From the human T2T-CHM13v2.0 reference genome, Homo sapiens, in NCBI RefSeq assembly GCF_009914755.1, contig NC_060930.1: a DNA stretch of 64,000 nt; one strand, 5' to 3'. Both the position numbers and the translations under genes were made by a program. Below the pieces are notes generated by a model. It saw only the letters and a program-made list of their open reading frames with translations, did no database searches and was not told the origin of the DNA. The stretch's first letter is position 1, and each line of letters begins with the position of its first letter. Of this stretch, positions 1-12,588 are shown in pieces.

Positions 1-170
1 CTATAGGCCTGAGATCTCTCAATGTCTCATTTTAAAAATTGTTCCATGGGAATAATAGTTCCCATTCCACAGAGCTGTGTTGAATGTTAAAATTATGCAA
101 ACAAAGGACTCAGAATGTTTCTGGCTTACAGGAAACTTTCAGTAAAATGTTACCTAACATTATACTTATG
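1..170 (+). mobile_element. MIR SINE fragment
   Basis: Degenerate MIR core/3' pattern (ataatagttcccatt...cagaatgtttctggcttacaggaaac...aaatgttac). Confidence 0.55.
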
Positions 171-1027
171 ATCATCATTTTTGTTAAACAGATCTGTGAA
201 GGCAGGTCTGGCCTATTATTCATTGCATGTTTACAGTGATGGCAAAATCTTCCTCATGGGGATAATTTGATAGAAGGCAACAAAAAGAGAAACAATAATA
301 AAATAAGTGGGAGTTGTGTTTGATGAAGGAGGAATGTGATGAAAGATGAAAGAGTGATGTGTGGTACTAAAGTGGTCCATCCACTGGCTCTGAAGGCAAT
401 GCCATCCCTTATCAAAAAGGGCACTAAATACATGTGAGACAATAACAACTCTGTTAAATATTTATCCTTCCAAGGTGACCACTTTGATAAAGTTCCACAA
501 ATACATGGATGTCTAAGTTTTATTGTGTCAATAAGTAAATCAGACCTATAACTCATATAGTTCCACTTAAGCCTGCCCAGCTCTGTTGATTAGAAGGCAG
601 GAGGGGTTAATAGACATTCTGCCAGGCACATCTTGTGCATAAAAGAACACAATAAAGACTGGCAGCCTGACAAACATTTCCAAAGAATAAATGCAAGTAA
701 TTTTGAGTTCCTGGGAAGAAAACTATTTTATAAATCCAAGGCAACCTTATATCTAACTTCCTTCCTGATACTGTTAAAATTGAGATTGAAATACAAAAGA
801 ACAAAGAGCCCAGTCCTGTACAGTATACAGAGAAAGTAATTTTAAATTATGTTTTGTTTAAAATTACGTGTCTGAATTCACAGCTAATGATAATAAGAAA
901 AGTAAATTCTTTCCATATAGTCAGATAAAATACCCATACTGGCATTAATACAAAATAAACAAATTTCTTACTGCTAGTGATGATATGTATTATTTGTCTG
1001 AATTTTTTTCTGTAGTATGTAGTTATG

Positions 1028-1111
1028 TATTAGGTTGGTGCAAAAGTCATTGCAGCTTTTGCCATTGAAAATAATGGCAAAAGCTGCAATGACTTTTGCA
1101 CCAACCTAATA
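1028..1111. mobile_element. MADE1 MITE (Hsmar1-derived), miR-548-type hairpin
   Basis: TA-flanked TTAGGTTGGTGCAAAAGT... terminal inverted repeats; perfect 39-bp arms (1028-1066 and 1073-1111) around a 6-nt loop. Confidence 0.95.
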
Positions 1112-4055
1112 GTTAAAAATGTATTTCAGTACGCCAAATTAACATATCTTTCTTATTCAGAAGTTACATATCTTTTAATAGTTACATCTTTTGCCACATA
1201 TTTTCTCCAGTACATTAGAAAATGACATTGCTTTTATATTTTTAATGATATAGATAAATGTACATATACAAAAAGCAAACAAAAAATAGTATTCCAGAAC
1301 TGAAGTAGATTTAGAACATTCTACTTATTGAGCATTTTCACATTCATTATTATGAAAATCAATTCAATTTTTAAAGACAGAGATAATTGTCCTTTGATAT
1401 ATGGAATAATTTAAAATTATAGTACACCATGTAAAATAATCTTCATAATTTCTTGCTGTATATACTTTGCATTTGACATTCATAATTGGGTCTCTAAAAC
1501 TTAACCAGGGAAACTATCTTACTTAAGGTAATTTTCTAAATTGGATAAATCTGCAATTCTCAAACTCTCTTATGAAGCACAAAGAGATCTCCAGGTGATT
1601 CTCACATACTACATTTTGAGAAACTTTTGTACTAAACTATGGCAACTCCAGATTTGAGCAGTTACCCATCATGATTTCTTCTTTTCACTCATATTTTATT
1701 TGACAGCAAAATATATCCACTTTTTATGGATAAATTAACATCCACATTATGTCATTTATCTTATTAGCATTGTTCAATGTCCCAGTGTTGGGAAAGAATT
1801 ACAAAGCAGACACTATCTTCTAATAAATAAATACAAATTAATTTTTAAAATATATTAAAACAGTTTTTTGCATAGAATGCGTTCCATGACACTAGGCAGT
1901 TTCTTGTGTTGGATTTGTTGTCTATAAACTGCTCTTTTTAAGACCACACCTATGAAAGAATCAAAATGATTTCGGTAAAAATGTTTGCATTTTGGCGTAA
2001 GAGATGTACTGAGCAGCATGAAATCTGTAGATAAAATGTTTTGAACCCTTCTCTTCCACCATAGTTAAAAGTGGAGATCCTGTCAACACGGTTACTTCAA
2101 GTTTAGGTCCATGATGATTGTATTCCCTGGGAAGCTCAGAAAAGGATCTTCTTTGAATGGTGCCAATGACACACTACTCCCAGTGGGCCCAGTTTGACCT
2201 GGAGTCCCAGGCAGAATCCCCATCCCTGCAACTCAACATGATGCAGGGAGCAAAGGGCTGGCTGGAGAAAGGGTAGGACTATGTTGAACTGGTCATGGGG
2301 CCTGCAATCTTCAACACTATTGTCAGTATTCGAGATGCCCAGCTCAACTAACTTCAAGCTTCCTCTACCCACCTTGGCCAGATTTTTCCAATTGCTGTTA
2401 TTCTCTTTTAACCTCAATTTCTGCTTCCCAGCCCCATTTCCCTACTAGGCTCAGCCTTGACTGACTGACCCTTGATGCCGTCCAAGTCCTGTGTCATAAA
2501 CAGAAGATGCCATGAGTCATAAACTAGAAAACACTGCCATGAGTCATAAACAGAAGATGAATCCACCAGGTACTCAGCATTTGCATCACCTTAAGTAATT
2601 TTCCGTATTAAGATTTGAATTGATTTGTAGTTGCCACATCAGGCCTTTTGAGGATGGACCTGCTTGAGCTTCAGTTCCTTTGGACCTTCTGCATGCTGCA
2701 ATTTTATTCTTAGGCACTGGGTAAGCCAGGGTCAGCTGTCAGTTCTGTGATGCAGTTGGCCAAGTCCTTAGCCTTTGTTTCTTACTGAGATTCCAGCAAA
2801 CCTGAGCCATAGTCACCTGAGTTAATCATGTAGACATATTGATCATAACAAGATTATTACATTGATCATGACAAGTGCTTGGTCTTTCCATCTTCACTCT
2901 TTCTCGGAAGCCTCTGAAAAAGACACAAATTGACTTAAAAGCTCTCACTGAGCCTAACATAGACTTATAGCTCCTCTTAATTAACTGCTATGGAAAACTA
3001 CTACCAATAGATCAACAGAACAAAAACCCTACATCTTTAAAGACTTGTTTTCCACAGAAAGACCCTTTTCTCCAAAGGGATCTATTTAAAAAATGTGTAG
3101 ACCCTTCTTATGCAATCTTGAAAAATTGGAATTAGAGAAGATGGAAAGGGACAGAGATTTTTAACAAAAGTGATGCAAGTTAAGGCATTTCAATGATTCA
3201 AACACCCTCAGTACAAATTAGAACAACAATCCTCTTTCAGGAAAATTAAGAGTGATTTCCTTCTCTGAGTTTGAGTTTTATTTTATTTTTAAAGAGCATC
3301 AAGAAGGGTAAAGTGCCAGGAAAATTAGAGGTATAGACAGCCAGAAAGAGATATCCTATCCTTCAATTCCCTATTAAATATGACGCTAAGCAATGTGAAT
3401 CTGCTAGTGGTAGTATTTCTTCCAGTTTTGGCTTGATTTGGGATTTGTTCCTTGTCTTGCCAATTCTGAGCAGAGGCTCATGGTTCTCTCCCATTAACTG
3501 GGTATAAAACGCAGAGAAATGCTTGGACTTTGCAGATGTTGGGATCCCTTAAAGACACTGAGAGATTATAAGGGCGAAACTGTAGACTTACATAATTCTA
3601 TCCCTTTTTTATAAGCTGGTTATTTCTTGAAAGGGGTATTAAGAGATTTATTTGCTTAAAACCAAAATTCACAGTTTGTAATTCCTTTGCATTCTGTAAG
3701 AAGGGATGATCATTACATGATGGAGGTCTCAGGGCTCACTGAAATTTTCATGAGGATCTCTGATAACAAAAGTCTTTTCCCACAGCTCTGTATCTTTTCA
3801 AGTCCATTCACTGCTTACTCTGTTTTTTGTCTAACTCCTAATAATTTCTCTTTTAAGCTAAGTCCCAAAGCTGGCAAAGAAGCTCTACATCTTGTATTAG
3901 TTTATAGTGAAGTTTAGGAAATCGTGTCTTCAGTGGCTAGGCAGGTAACATGAGTCACTGAGAAATGCTAGGTATCGCTTAACTGTGAGTGCTGAGTAAT
4001 GTGATCAATTGGGGAGAGAGCATTTCATCAAGTGGTAGGTGAAAAAAAAAAAAAA

Positions 4056-4220
4056 AGACAAGGTGTGGTGTCACATGCCTGTAGTCCAAGTTACTTGAGA
4101 GGCTGAGGTGGGAGGATCACTTGAGCCCAGGAGTTCAAGGCTGTAGTGAGCCATGAATGTGCCACTGCACTCCAGCCTGGCCAACAGAGTGAGACCCCAT
4201 AGCCAGAAAAAAGAAAAAAA
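4056..4220 (+). mobile_element. Alu right monomer (FRAM/AluJ-type)
   Basis: gcctgtagtcc...gaggatcacttgagcccaggagttcaaggctg...cactccagcctgg followed by an A-rich tail; no left arm. Confidence 0.85.
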
Positions 4221-7061
4221 CCTGTGGCTAAAGTCTGGCTTGAAGTCTCCTAGATTGCTGCCTCTAGTACTAGTTGAAATAGTAATTTATTCAGATTCTG
4301 TCATCATACTTTTGAGTTTTGGTTTCTCCCATTATTAGCTATGAGATTTTAGCTATGAACAAATCCCTTATTTCCTCAAGTCTCAGGGACACAATTTTAT
4401 TTGGCACAGCTGTCTCTCTGTTCAGTTGTAAGATAATTTTGTGAAAGCACATTATGAACCATAAAGCCATATAAAGGTGAGATATCATTTTCTCAACAAC
4501 CACACATCAGATGTTTACCATCCACAAATTAATACAATTAACGACATTATCATAAACCAAAAAAACTATAGGAAATATGGTTCTTTTTCTCAGGGAGATA
4601 ACCTTCTTGAAGAAATAAAACTACTATGCTGGAACAATCTACAAAAATACAAGAAAATATTATTATAAATGTAACTGGTATGCCGCATTTATTCACTGGG
4701 GTAAAAAGTTATATTTATTTTCCTACACTTCTTTTTAAATGGCAAGACCTCTAAGAAGGAGTACTTCTCCCTTCAGAATTAGACTCACAGTTCTTATAGA
4801 GCAGCAGTTTTATTCATACCTACAGCCTCCAATCCTAAGGCGCACCCACCTATGCTATGTACAATGGCTCCACGGGATTCCAGCATCAGTCACACAGTGA
4901 ACAAAGCCTCCGTGACAATTTTGGGTCATGGGCCAAATCCCCATCTTAAAACAAAGTTTCATTTTGGGTAACCCTGGTTTCATTTTATCAGGGCAAAAAT
5001 ATTTTCCTATTTTAAATATTCAAACCTTAAAAGAAAGGAGCAGATGTTACCTTCACAATACTTTTGGTTTTCTCTTTATCTCTAAGTAAATTTCTGGATG
5101 CAGAGATGTTCAGCAGGTAAGGCAGTGCATTCATAATACACCACCATCCAACACCAGCGCCTAAGCCAAAGGTCTTTGCCAAAATAAAATACATCATGAC
5201 TTTGGTCATGTGCTTGTTTTTTTGGGGGGATGGGGGTGGGAGGTAATTATTGGGATGGCATTCTGGTGACATTTCCAAAACTGAGGACTTGATATCTCTA
5301 TCACAAGAAAGAGAAACAGCCAAGAGTATTTAAAGAACATTTATTCTGGATAAAAATAAATAAAATTCTGCAGTTTTATTTACCTCAATAATAATCAAGG
5401 TATTGAGAAATTCAAGATAGGGAAGTGGCTAATGCTGGATAAAAATTACCAGAAAAATCATCTTGAAGGAAGTTGAAAATACAGGCCAGTAGATGTCCAA
5501 TTGGTCTTCTAAGAGATAATTTAGGCATTATAGCAAACCCATACTTTCGTTTGAAATTTTGCAAGTGTTTCTCTGAATTCAGTGTCATAAAGACTAAGGA
5601 ATTTATGAAGCAGGAAAAAAAACATAAAACAATGTCTTGGGAGACTAATGCAACATCAATGATTACCTCTCAGATTTAATGATTTTTTTAAAGATATTTT
5701 GGTATTAAATCATCATTTGCCTCAGAATAACAACAAAACTAATATATTAAATACAGCTGGTTTTAAATATAAAAACAGTGGTTAGATTTGTTTTAGAAAA
5801 TTTCAAATGTAAGCCTTCCATTTGGAAGAGCAGCACTGTTTACACAGGTAGAACACTTGTCTGTAATTTTGGATTGGCTTAGAATAATCTCCACATGTCA
5901 AAACCACTAATTCTGCTGTCATGAACTGAATGGACACGCCACAAAAAATCACTCACCATAAAAGACAGAGCATTTTTTTTCCCCATATGATCCCACAAAG
6001 TCATGCGGAGGTAATGGCTTAGGAGTGATTCTGTAACAGGGTTACCTCTGAAATTAGTTCCTGCAAGTGTGCCTGTAGATGCAATACCATGTGGCATACA
6101 TATTTTAAATGTGGAAATAAACTAGAAAAAAAGCCATGTAATTTAATATAGACATCTAAATAATAGACACTGACACTGGTTCCAAAGTGGTTTAAAATAA
6201 AAAATCTTTCTAGTTATAATTCATAATGCATACCAGAACACTACTTTCTATGTGAGTCATCAAAGGAATAAGGGTTTGGGGGATCAAGAAATATTAATAA
6301 TGTATTGCTCCCACATTTCTTACTTTCTGCCTTCACAATTAAAGATGTATTTTGATGATTAAATCTATATCCCATTTAGTGAATAAGTAATGCTTAGTAC
6401 CTCTCAAATACTTAATTGATACCTTATTCAGTGCATCTTACTGAGAATTTCCAAGACCACCTACATTACCATCTGTATTATATATTGTTGTTTCTTGTAT
6501 TTTGGATGCAGATTTTGAAAAGAAAGCCAGGAAATTGGCTCTAGCTTCATGCTATTATTTTCTACTTTGAAATGGTTACTACTGCTTCCAAGAGAGGTTT
6601 CTCTAAACAAAAATTACAATATTAAATTAAGGAAGCAATTTAAAGAGTCACTACACATATCATATAACATGACATTTCTGCCACTTTTCAATGATCCTGA
6701 ATCTTGTCTTCCTTTGTTGCCTCTATTGAGACCGCATGGTGACAGCTGTTTGGTTCTGCTCTCCCTGCATTAGGTGAAATAGTTTATCACGTCTCCCATA
6801 TGATATGATTGGAGAGGTGCTCAAAATGTCTTCCATTCTGTAATTATTCTTACCCCATAAGCCATTACTGTACCTTAAGCCTACCTTAAAATCACGCTCT
6901 TTTCCATAAGAAAATTTCCAACTAATTGAGAAGACAACTTTAAGCGATAACATACTAATTCAGTACATCTTGATAATTGAGAAGATTAAGAGAGATGTTC
7001 AGAATCAAGAGATAGCCCCTTTGAAGACAGACATAGATATGGCATCATTACTTGGCAAGGG

Positions 7062-7548
7062 GTTATGGTGAATTGAATAGTGTCACCTCAAAAAGATACC
7101 CTGGTGTCCTAACCCATGCTATCACCAAATGTGACCTTATTTGGGGTCTTCACAAATAAGGTCTTTTTAAATAAGTTAAAATGAAATCATTAGAGTGGGC
7201 CCTAAACTGATAGGACCAGTGCGCTTTTTATAAAAAGGAGAACTTGAACACAGGACAGACTTGCACAGAAGGAAGATGATGTGAAGACACAGGGAGAACA
7301 TGTGAAGATGGAGGCAGAGACTGAAGTTGTGCTGTCACAAGCCAAGGAATACCAGGGATCCACGGACACCACCAGAAGCCAGGAAGAGGCAAAGAGGGAT
7401 TCTTCCCCACAGGCTTCCGAAGGAGCATAGATGTGCCAAGACCTTGATTTTGGACTTCTGGTCTCCAGAACTGTCATAGAATCAATGTATACTATTTTCA
7501 ATCACCCAGTGACTGGTATTTCCTACACCAGTCCTAGGAAACTAATAC
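7062..7548 (+). mobile_element. MLT1C-like MaLR solo LTR
   Basis: Start gttatggtgaattgaatagtgtc; internal gccaaggaat...gaagaggcaa; end ggaaactaataca. Confidence 0.8.
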
Positions 7549-8999
7549 AAGAAGAAAAAAGCTATCAGACATGAAATAAAAGGGAAAGATGCTGAGAAGT
7601 AAAGTAAAATATTTTTCAGACAACTGCTTTTTAAAATAATTTATCTTACTATTTATCAGTTTATTATCTCCTCACTGCAGATGATTTTGAAAATACATAA
7701 GAAGATTTTAAAATTTAAAATAAATTCGTCAACTAAAGAAAACCTTCCTTGACATTTTTATAAACATCCTTTTAGTTTTTGGTTAACTCATATGTGCATT
7801 TTTTTAAGTCAAAAGAAACCTATATACATAATTATATTTTATTTTAAAGACGTAACCTATTCTGAGCATTTCCTCATAAAATAAATCTTTGTAAACATCA
7901 ATTTTAATGCCTACAGAATAGTCTATGATGTGACTGAACTCTAATTCACTTAACTGTTCTGTCAAAGAACACTTTGTTTTTTCTTCCATTATAAATTTTC
8001 TATAAAACATATCATCATTTGAACATATTTTTAAAAACTGTCATATATTTGGCTCAAATGGGTAAACACTTGGGGTATTTGAAATGCATTAGCAAACAGT
8101 TCAATTCCAATACTCATCCGCAGTACCTAATAATGTTTATTTTACCACATACTTGGTAGTATTAAATATTCTCATTACAATTTATTTTTATGTGTGAATT
8201 TAGCAAATATAAAAGTTTCTCAGTTTTTCAGTGGCTATATTGTTTACTATTTGGGTTGTACTTCTCTGTTTATTTACATTTATTTTTGTCATTTAAATTT
8301 CCAGTTAATTTTTTTATCTATTGGAACCTTAATTTTTTTATATATTCATATGAACTCTTTTTTGTTGTGTTTATTCCAAATGACCCTTTTGTATTGCTTT
8401 GTTTAATTCTATTCAATTATTTATTTTTTACTGTAATGCAGCTTTGAATTTTTAAATAAGTCAAATCTAAAGCTGATTTTATTTCTCATGTTTTCAGATG
8501 GTTTTAAACTCAGAAAGTTGTTTAAGGATTACCTTAACGTGATTAACAGAGTACACACTCTAGACAAACCTCCCTTACCAAATGCTGAACAGTATACTTT
8601 TAAAAAAAACATTCATTAGAACTAGGAATAGAAAAGTCATAACCTCAGTGGACCAGAAATAAATCATTGAAAGGTGGCAGACAACAGAATGAGATTAAAG
8701 GAGGGAGTCACTGCTCAAAAGCTATATACAAGAAAACTGATAGAAAAAATAAAGATGGTGGGTTGGGGGATGTAGGGGGAAGTTTTTCCAAGCTTGGACA
8801 TGATGCATGTGTTAAGGAGAAAGGGACCATGAGTCAATTAACAGAGCCTTGGAAGACGAGACTACCCCAAAGACATGCAACCCTTCCCTCTCTGTCTTAG
8901 TTTAAGGACAAGTAGAGGTTTTTGTGGCCAGGCACAAGCCGTGAAATTGGTCATTTGGGTCAGAGAAACATGGCAATGTACTGAAGAGCTAGAGACACC

Positions 9000-10200
9000 C
9001 AGGAAGAAATGTAAAATGTAAAATTCTGTGACCAGAAAATTAACTTCTGATGTAGTTCTTTCTATAGCATCCTACCTCTCACTAGTTTGCCCAGTAAAAT
9101 GAGCACACAAGAAAAAAAAAAAAAATCTGGGCACATAAGCAACAAAACTCCATGAAAAAAAAGACATGTGAATGTCAATAAATAACACCTAATGAAACAG
9201 CATGAATAGAACACACAACTTTAGAATAGACAGAATTATCCTCAAAGTGATGAAGAAGAAATTTAATACACTTCCCAAAACACAAAAACAGCTAAGAATA
9301 AATTTGGCAAGTACTAAAATTTGTTAAAATAAATAAAATTAGCAGACAGAATCGATGTCAGAATGGACTCAGATGAGGAGTGAATTAGTGAAGTACAAGA
9401 TCAAGTGAAAAATCCTTCCTAGTTCAACCCATAAAGGACAGAGAATTAAAATGTATGAAAATAGAAGTTAGAAAAAAAGGGTGATAGATCTAAAAGTTCC
9501 AATATATGTCTAAAGTAATTTCATTATAAATAGAATACTCAAAATTAGAAAGGAGGAAATAATAAATACTATCAGAATTGAAGAAAGGTGTGCATTAATC
9601 TTGTTAACTGGGTGCTTAACATGTTGTAAATACATGAAACAAAGCAAAACTTCATACCCAGACATACTGGTAACATTTTAGAAAACCCAGGATCAAGTGA
9701 AACTTACTATGAGTTTCAAGATGAACAAAATTAGAGACTCTAAAAGACAAAGTATCACATTGACATTGGAATTCTAGCTGGCAATTCTGAACATAATTGC
9801 CAGAATTCTGAATATATGATCTGATTTAAAAAAAGGTCTGATTTAGAATTTTCCAGAACCAAATGAATTATATGTGTGAGGACAATACGACTGTTTCAAA
9901 CCTCTAGGACTCACAAAGCTTACTCTCAAAATTACTAGCTGAAGAAATAGTGTATGATAGATTTTTATCACAAAATTAATCCAAAAGGAAGACGAGGAAA
10001 ACGAGAAACACAAAAGAATGAGGAAACTATAAAGGTTATTGAATTAGACCAGAAAATTGAGGTTAGTACAGCCTGAAGATTGTAAAAAATGATTTCAGAA
10101 AGCAGTAAGAAAAATTGGTAGTGCCTGAATAGATCCCAACAACAACAACAGAGAATTACACATACAAGAAATGAGAGAAGGCAAATTTTGCTTGAATGGA
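9000..10200 (+). mobile_element. Ancient L1M/HAL1 ORF1-region remnant
   Basis: A-rich plus strand with ORF1-like phrases (gaattagtgaagtacaaga, ccagacatactggtaacattt); highly decayed. Confidence 0.4.
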
Positions 10201-10230
10201 AGTGTAGATTAAAACAAAAAGATGTTTCTT

Positions 10231-10349
10231 TTTTGTCTACCAAATTCGAAATATATAACAAGTTTTATGATATAGGGAAAATGGAAATATTTTGTCTACC
10301 AAATTGGAAAGCTATAACAAGATGTATGGTATAAGGAAACTGGAAATAT
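10231..10349. repeat. 59-bp imperfect tandem duplication (2 copies)
   Basis: ttttgtctaccaaatt...tataacaag...ggaaatat at 10231 and 10290. Confidence 0.85.
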
Positions 10350-10481
10350 CACTGATGCAAGCTGATAGTTTTCTGAGTTATATATTAAAAGTTAACCATA
10401 TTAAAAGTGATTGAAGTTCAGTCTTTTGATATAGTGTATTATTGATTGGATTCTTTAGTTGCCAGCAACAGAAACATTGGG

Positions 10482-10507
10482 GTGTGTGTGTGTGTGTGTG
10501 TGTGTGT
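10482..10507. repeat. (GT)n microsatellite
   Basis: Directly visible. Confidence 0.95.
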
Positions 10508-11038
10508 AACACATAGTTAATTCTCATTATTCATGATAGCTATGTTCCATAAAGTCACCATGAATATTAATTTAGCAGATATCAAACTATTGCTCCAAGG
10601 GGAAATACAGGATTAGGTTCCTGTGAGCCTGTGGTCACAAAATTTTTGTCACTCCAAACACCACTTGTGTTACCTAGGTTTGTTTGCCAAAATCTTTGAA
10701 AAACAAGCCAGTCTCATTACCTTTGAAAACCTGCTGTTGTACATAACCCTTTTTCTGTATGACAGTTGGCAAATGTTTTTTAATTGCCTTGACTGCCAGT
10801 TTAACATTTTCCATGTAGCATTGCTTTTTGAAACATGCAAACCAGCCAGCACTAGCTGAGAATGGTTTAACATTTTCTTGACCATGGATAAGGTGACCAT
10901 ACATATTTTTGGGTTTTAACCTCACAACAATGCTGACCACTATGCTTCTTAACAATTCGTAGTCATCACATGAATCCACACGTTTAACTACTTTTTTTGT
11001 CTTTTCCATAGTTTCAATACATCCTGTGTCTATGTTAC

Positions 11039-12588
11039 TGAGAAGTGACAGCGTGCTGGCAGTCCTCAGAGCCCTCGCTTGCTCTCGGCACCTCCTCTGC
11101 CTGGGCTCCCACTTTGGCGGCATTTGAGGAGCCCTTCAGCCCACCACTGCACTGTGGGAGCCCCTTTCTGGGCTGGCCAAGGCTGGAGCCCACTCCCTCA
11201 GCTTGCAGGGAGGTGTGGAGGGAGAGGCTCGAGCGGGAACCGGGGCTACGTGTGGCGCTTGCGGGCCAGCTGGAATTCCGGGTGGGCGTGGGCTTGGCGG
11301 GCCCCGCACTCGGAGCAGACAGCCAGCCCTGCTGGCCCCGGGCAATGAGGGACATGGCACCCTGGCCAGTGGCTGCGGAGGGTGTACTGGGTCCCCCAGC
11401 AGTGCCAGCCCACCGGTGCTGCGCTCCATTTCTCACCGAGCCTTAGCTGCCTTCCCGCGGGGCAGGGCTTGGGACCTGCAGCCCGCCATGCCTGAGCCTC
11501 CGACCCACTCCATGGGCTCCTGTGCGGCCCGAGCCTCCCCGACGAGCACCACCCCCTGCTCCACGGCACCCAGTCCCATCGACCACCCAAGGGCTGAGGA
11601 ATGCGAGCGCACCTTGCGGGACTGGCAGGCAGCTCCACCTGCAGCCCTGGTGCGGGATCCACCAGGTGAAGCCAGCTGGGCTCCTGAGTCTGGTGGGGAC
11701 GTGGAGAGTCTTTATGTCTAGCTCAGGGATTGTAAATACACCAATCAGCACCCTGTGTTTAGCTCAAGGTTTGTGAGTGCACCAATCGACACTCTGTATC
11801 TAGCTGCTCTGGTGGGGCCTTGGAGAACCTTTATGTCTAGCTCAGGGATTGTAAATACACCAATCGGCACTCTGTATCTAGCTCAAGGTTTGTAAACACA
11901 CCAATCAGCACCCTGTTTAGCTCAAGGTTTGTGAGTGCACCAATCGACACTCTGTATCTAGCTGCTCTGGTGGGGCCTTGGAGAACCTTTGTGTCCATAC
12001 TCTGTATCTAACTAATCTGATGGGGACGTGGAGAACCTTTGTATCTAGCTCAGGGACTGTAAATGCACCAATCATCAGCACCCTGTCAAAACAGGCCACT
12101 GGGCTCTACCAATCAGCAGGATGTGGGTGGGTCCAGATAAGAGAATAAAAGCAGGCTGCCGAGCCAACATTGGCAACCCGCTGGGGTTCCTTTCCACAAT
12201 GTGGAAGCTTTGTTGTTTCGCTCTTTGCAATAAATCTTGCTACTGCTCAGTCTTTGGGTCCACGCTGACTTTATGAGCTGTAACACTCACCTTGAAGATC
12301 TGCAGCTTCACTCCTGAGCCCAGCGAGACCATGAGCCCACTGGGAGGAACGAACAACTCCAGATGCGCTGCCTTGAAGAGCTGTAACACTCACCACGAAG
12401 GTCTGCAGCTTCACTCCTGAGCCAGCGAGACCACGAACCAGCCAGAAGGAAGAAACTCCAAACACATCTAAACATCAGAAGGGACAGACTCTAGACGCGC
12501 CACCTTAAGAGCTGTAACACTCACCGCGAGGGTCCCCGGCTTCATTCTTGAAGTCAGTGAGACCAAGAACCCACCAATTCCGGACACA
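11039..12588 (+). mobile_element. LTR12C (HERV9) solo LTR
   Basis: TG...CA termini (tgagaagtgacagcgtgctggc...ccaattccggacaca), GC/CpG-rich U3, tandem U3 and U5 subrepeats, 4-bp TSD ttac/ttgc. Confidence 0.97.
11700..12234 (+). promoter_or_regulatory. LTR12 enhancer/promoter with NF-Y CCAAT array, GATA site, AATAAA TATA-like box and polyA signal
   Basis: CCAATC at 11741, 11782, 11860, 11901, 11940, 12068 and 12109; AGATAA 12135; AATAAA 12144; second AATAAA 12229. Confidence 0.75.

Noticed and set aside
5061-5122. Plus-strand 30-nt mini-exon with pyrimidine tract and CAG|GTAAGG donor
   Set aside because: Weak AAG acceptor, no partner exons identified, and it overlaps the better-supported minus-strand candidate
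11035-11776. Cluster of overlapping 84-172 aa ORFs on both strands
   Set aside because: All lie in the GC-rich U3 of LTR12C, where stop codons are scarce; no recognisable domain
11700-12560. Regularly recurring direct repeats superficially resembling a CRISPR array
   Set aside because: These are the normal LTR12 U3/U5 subrepeats; the intervening sequence is itself repeated, and no cas genes are present in primate DNA
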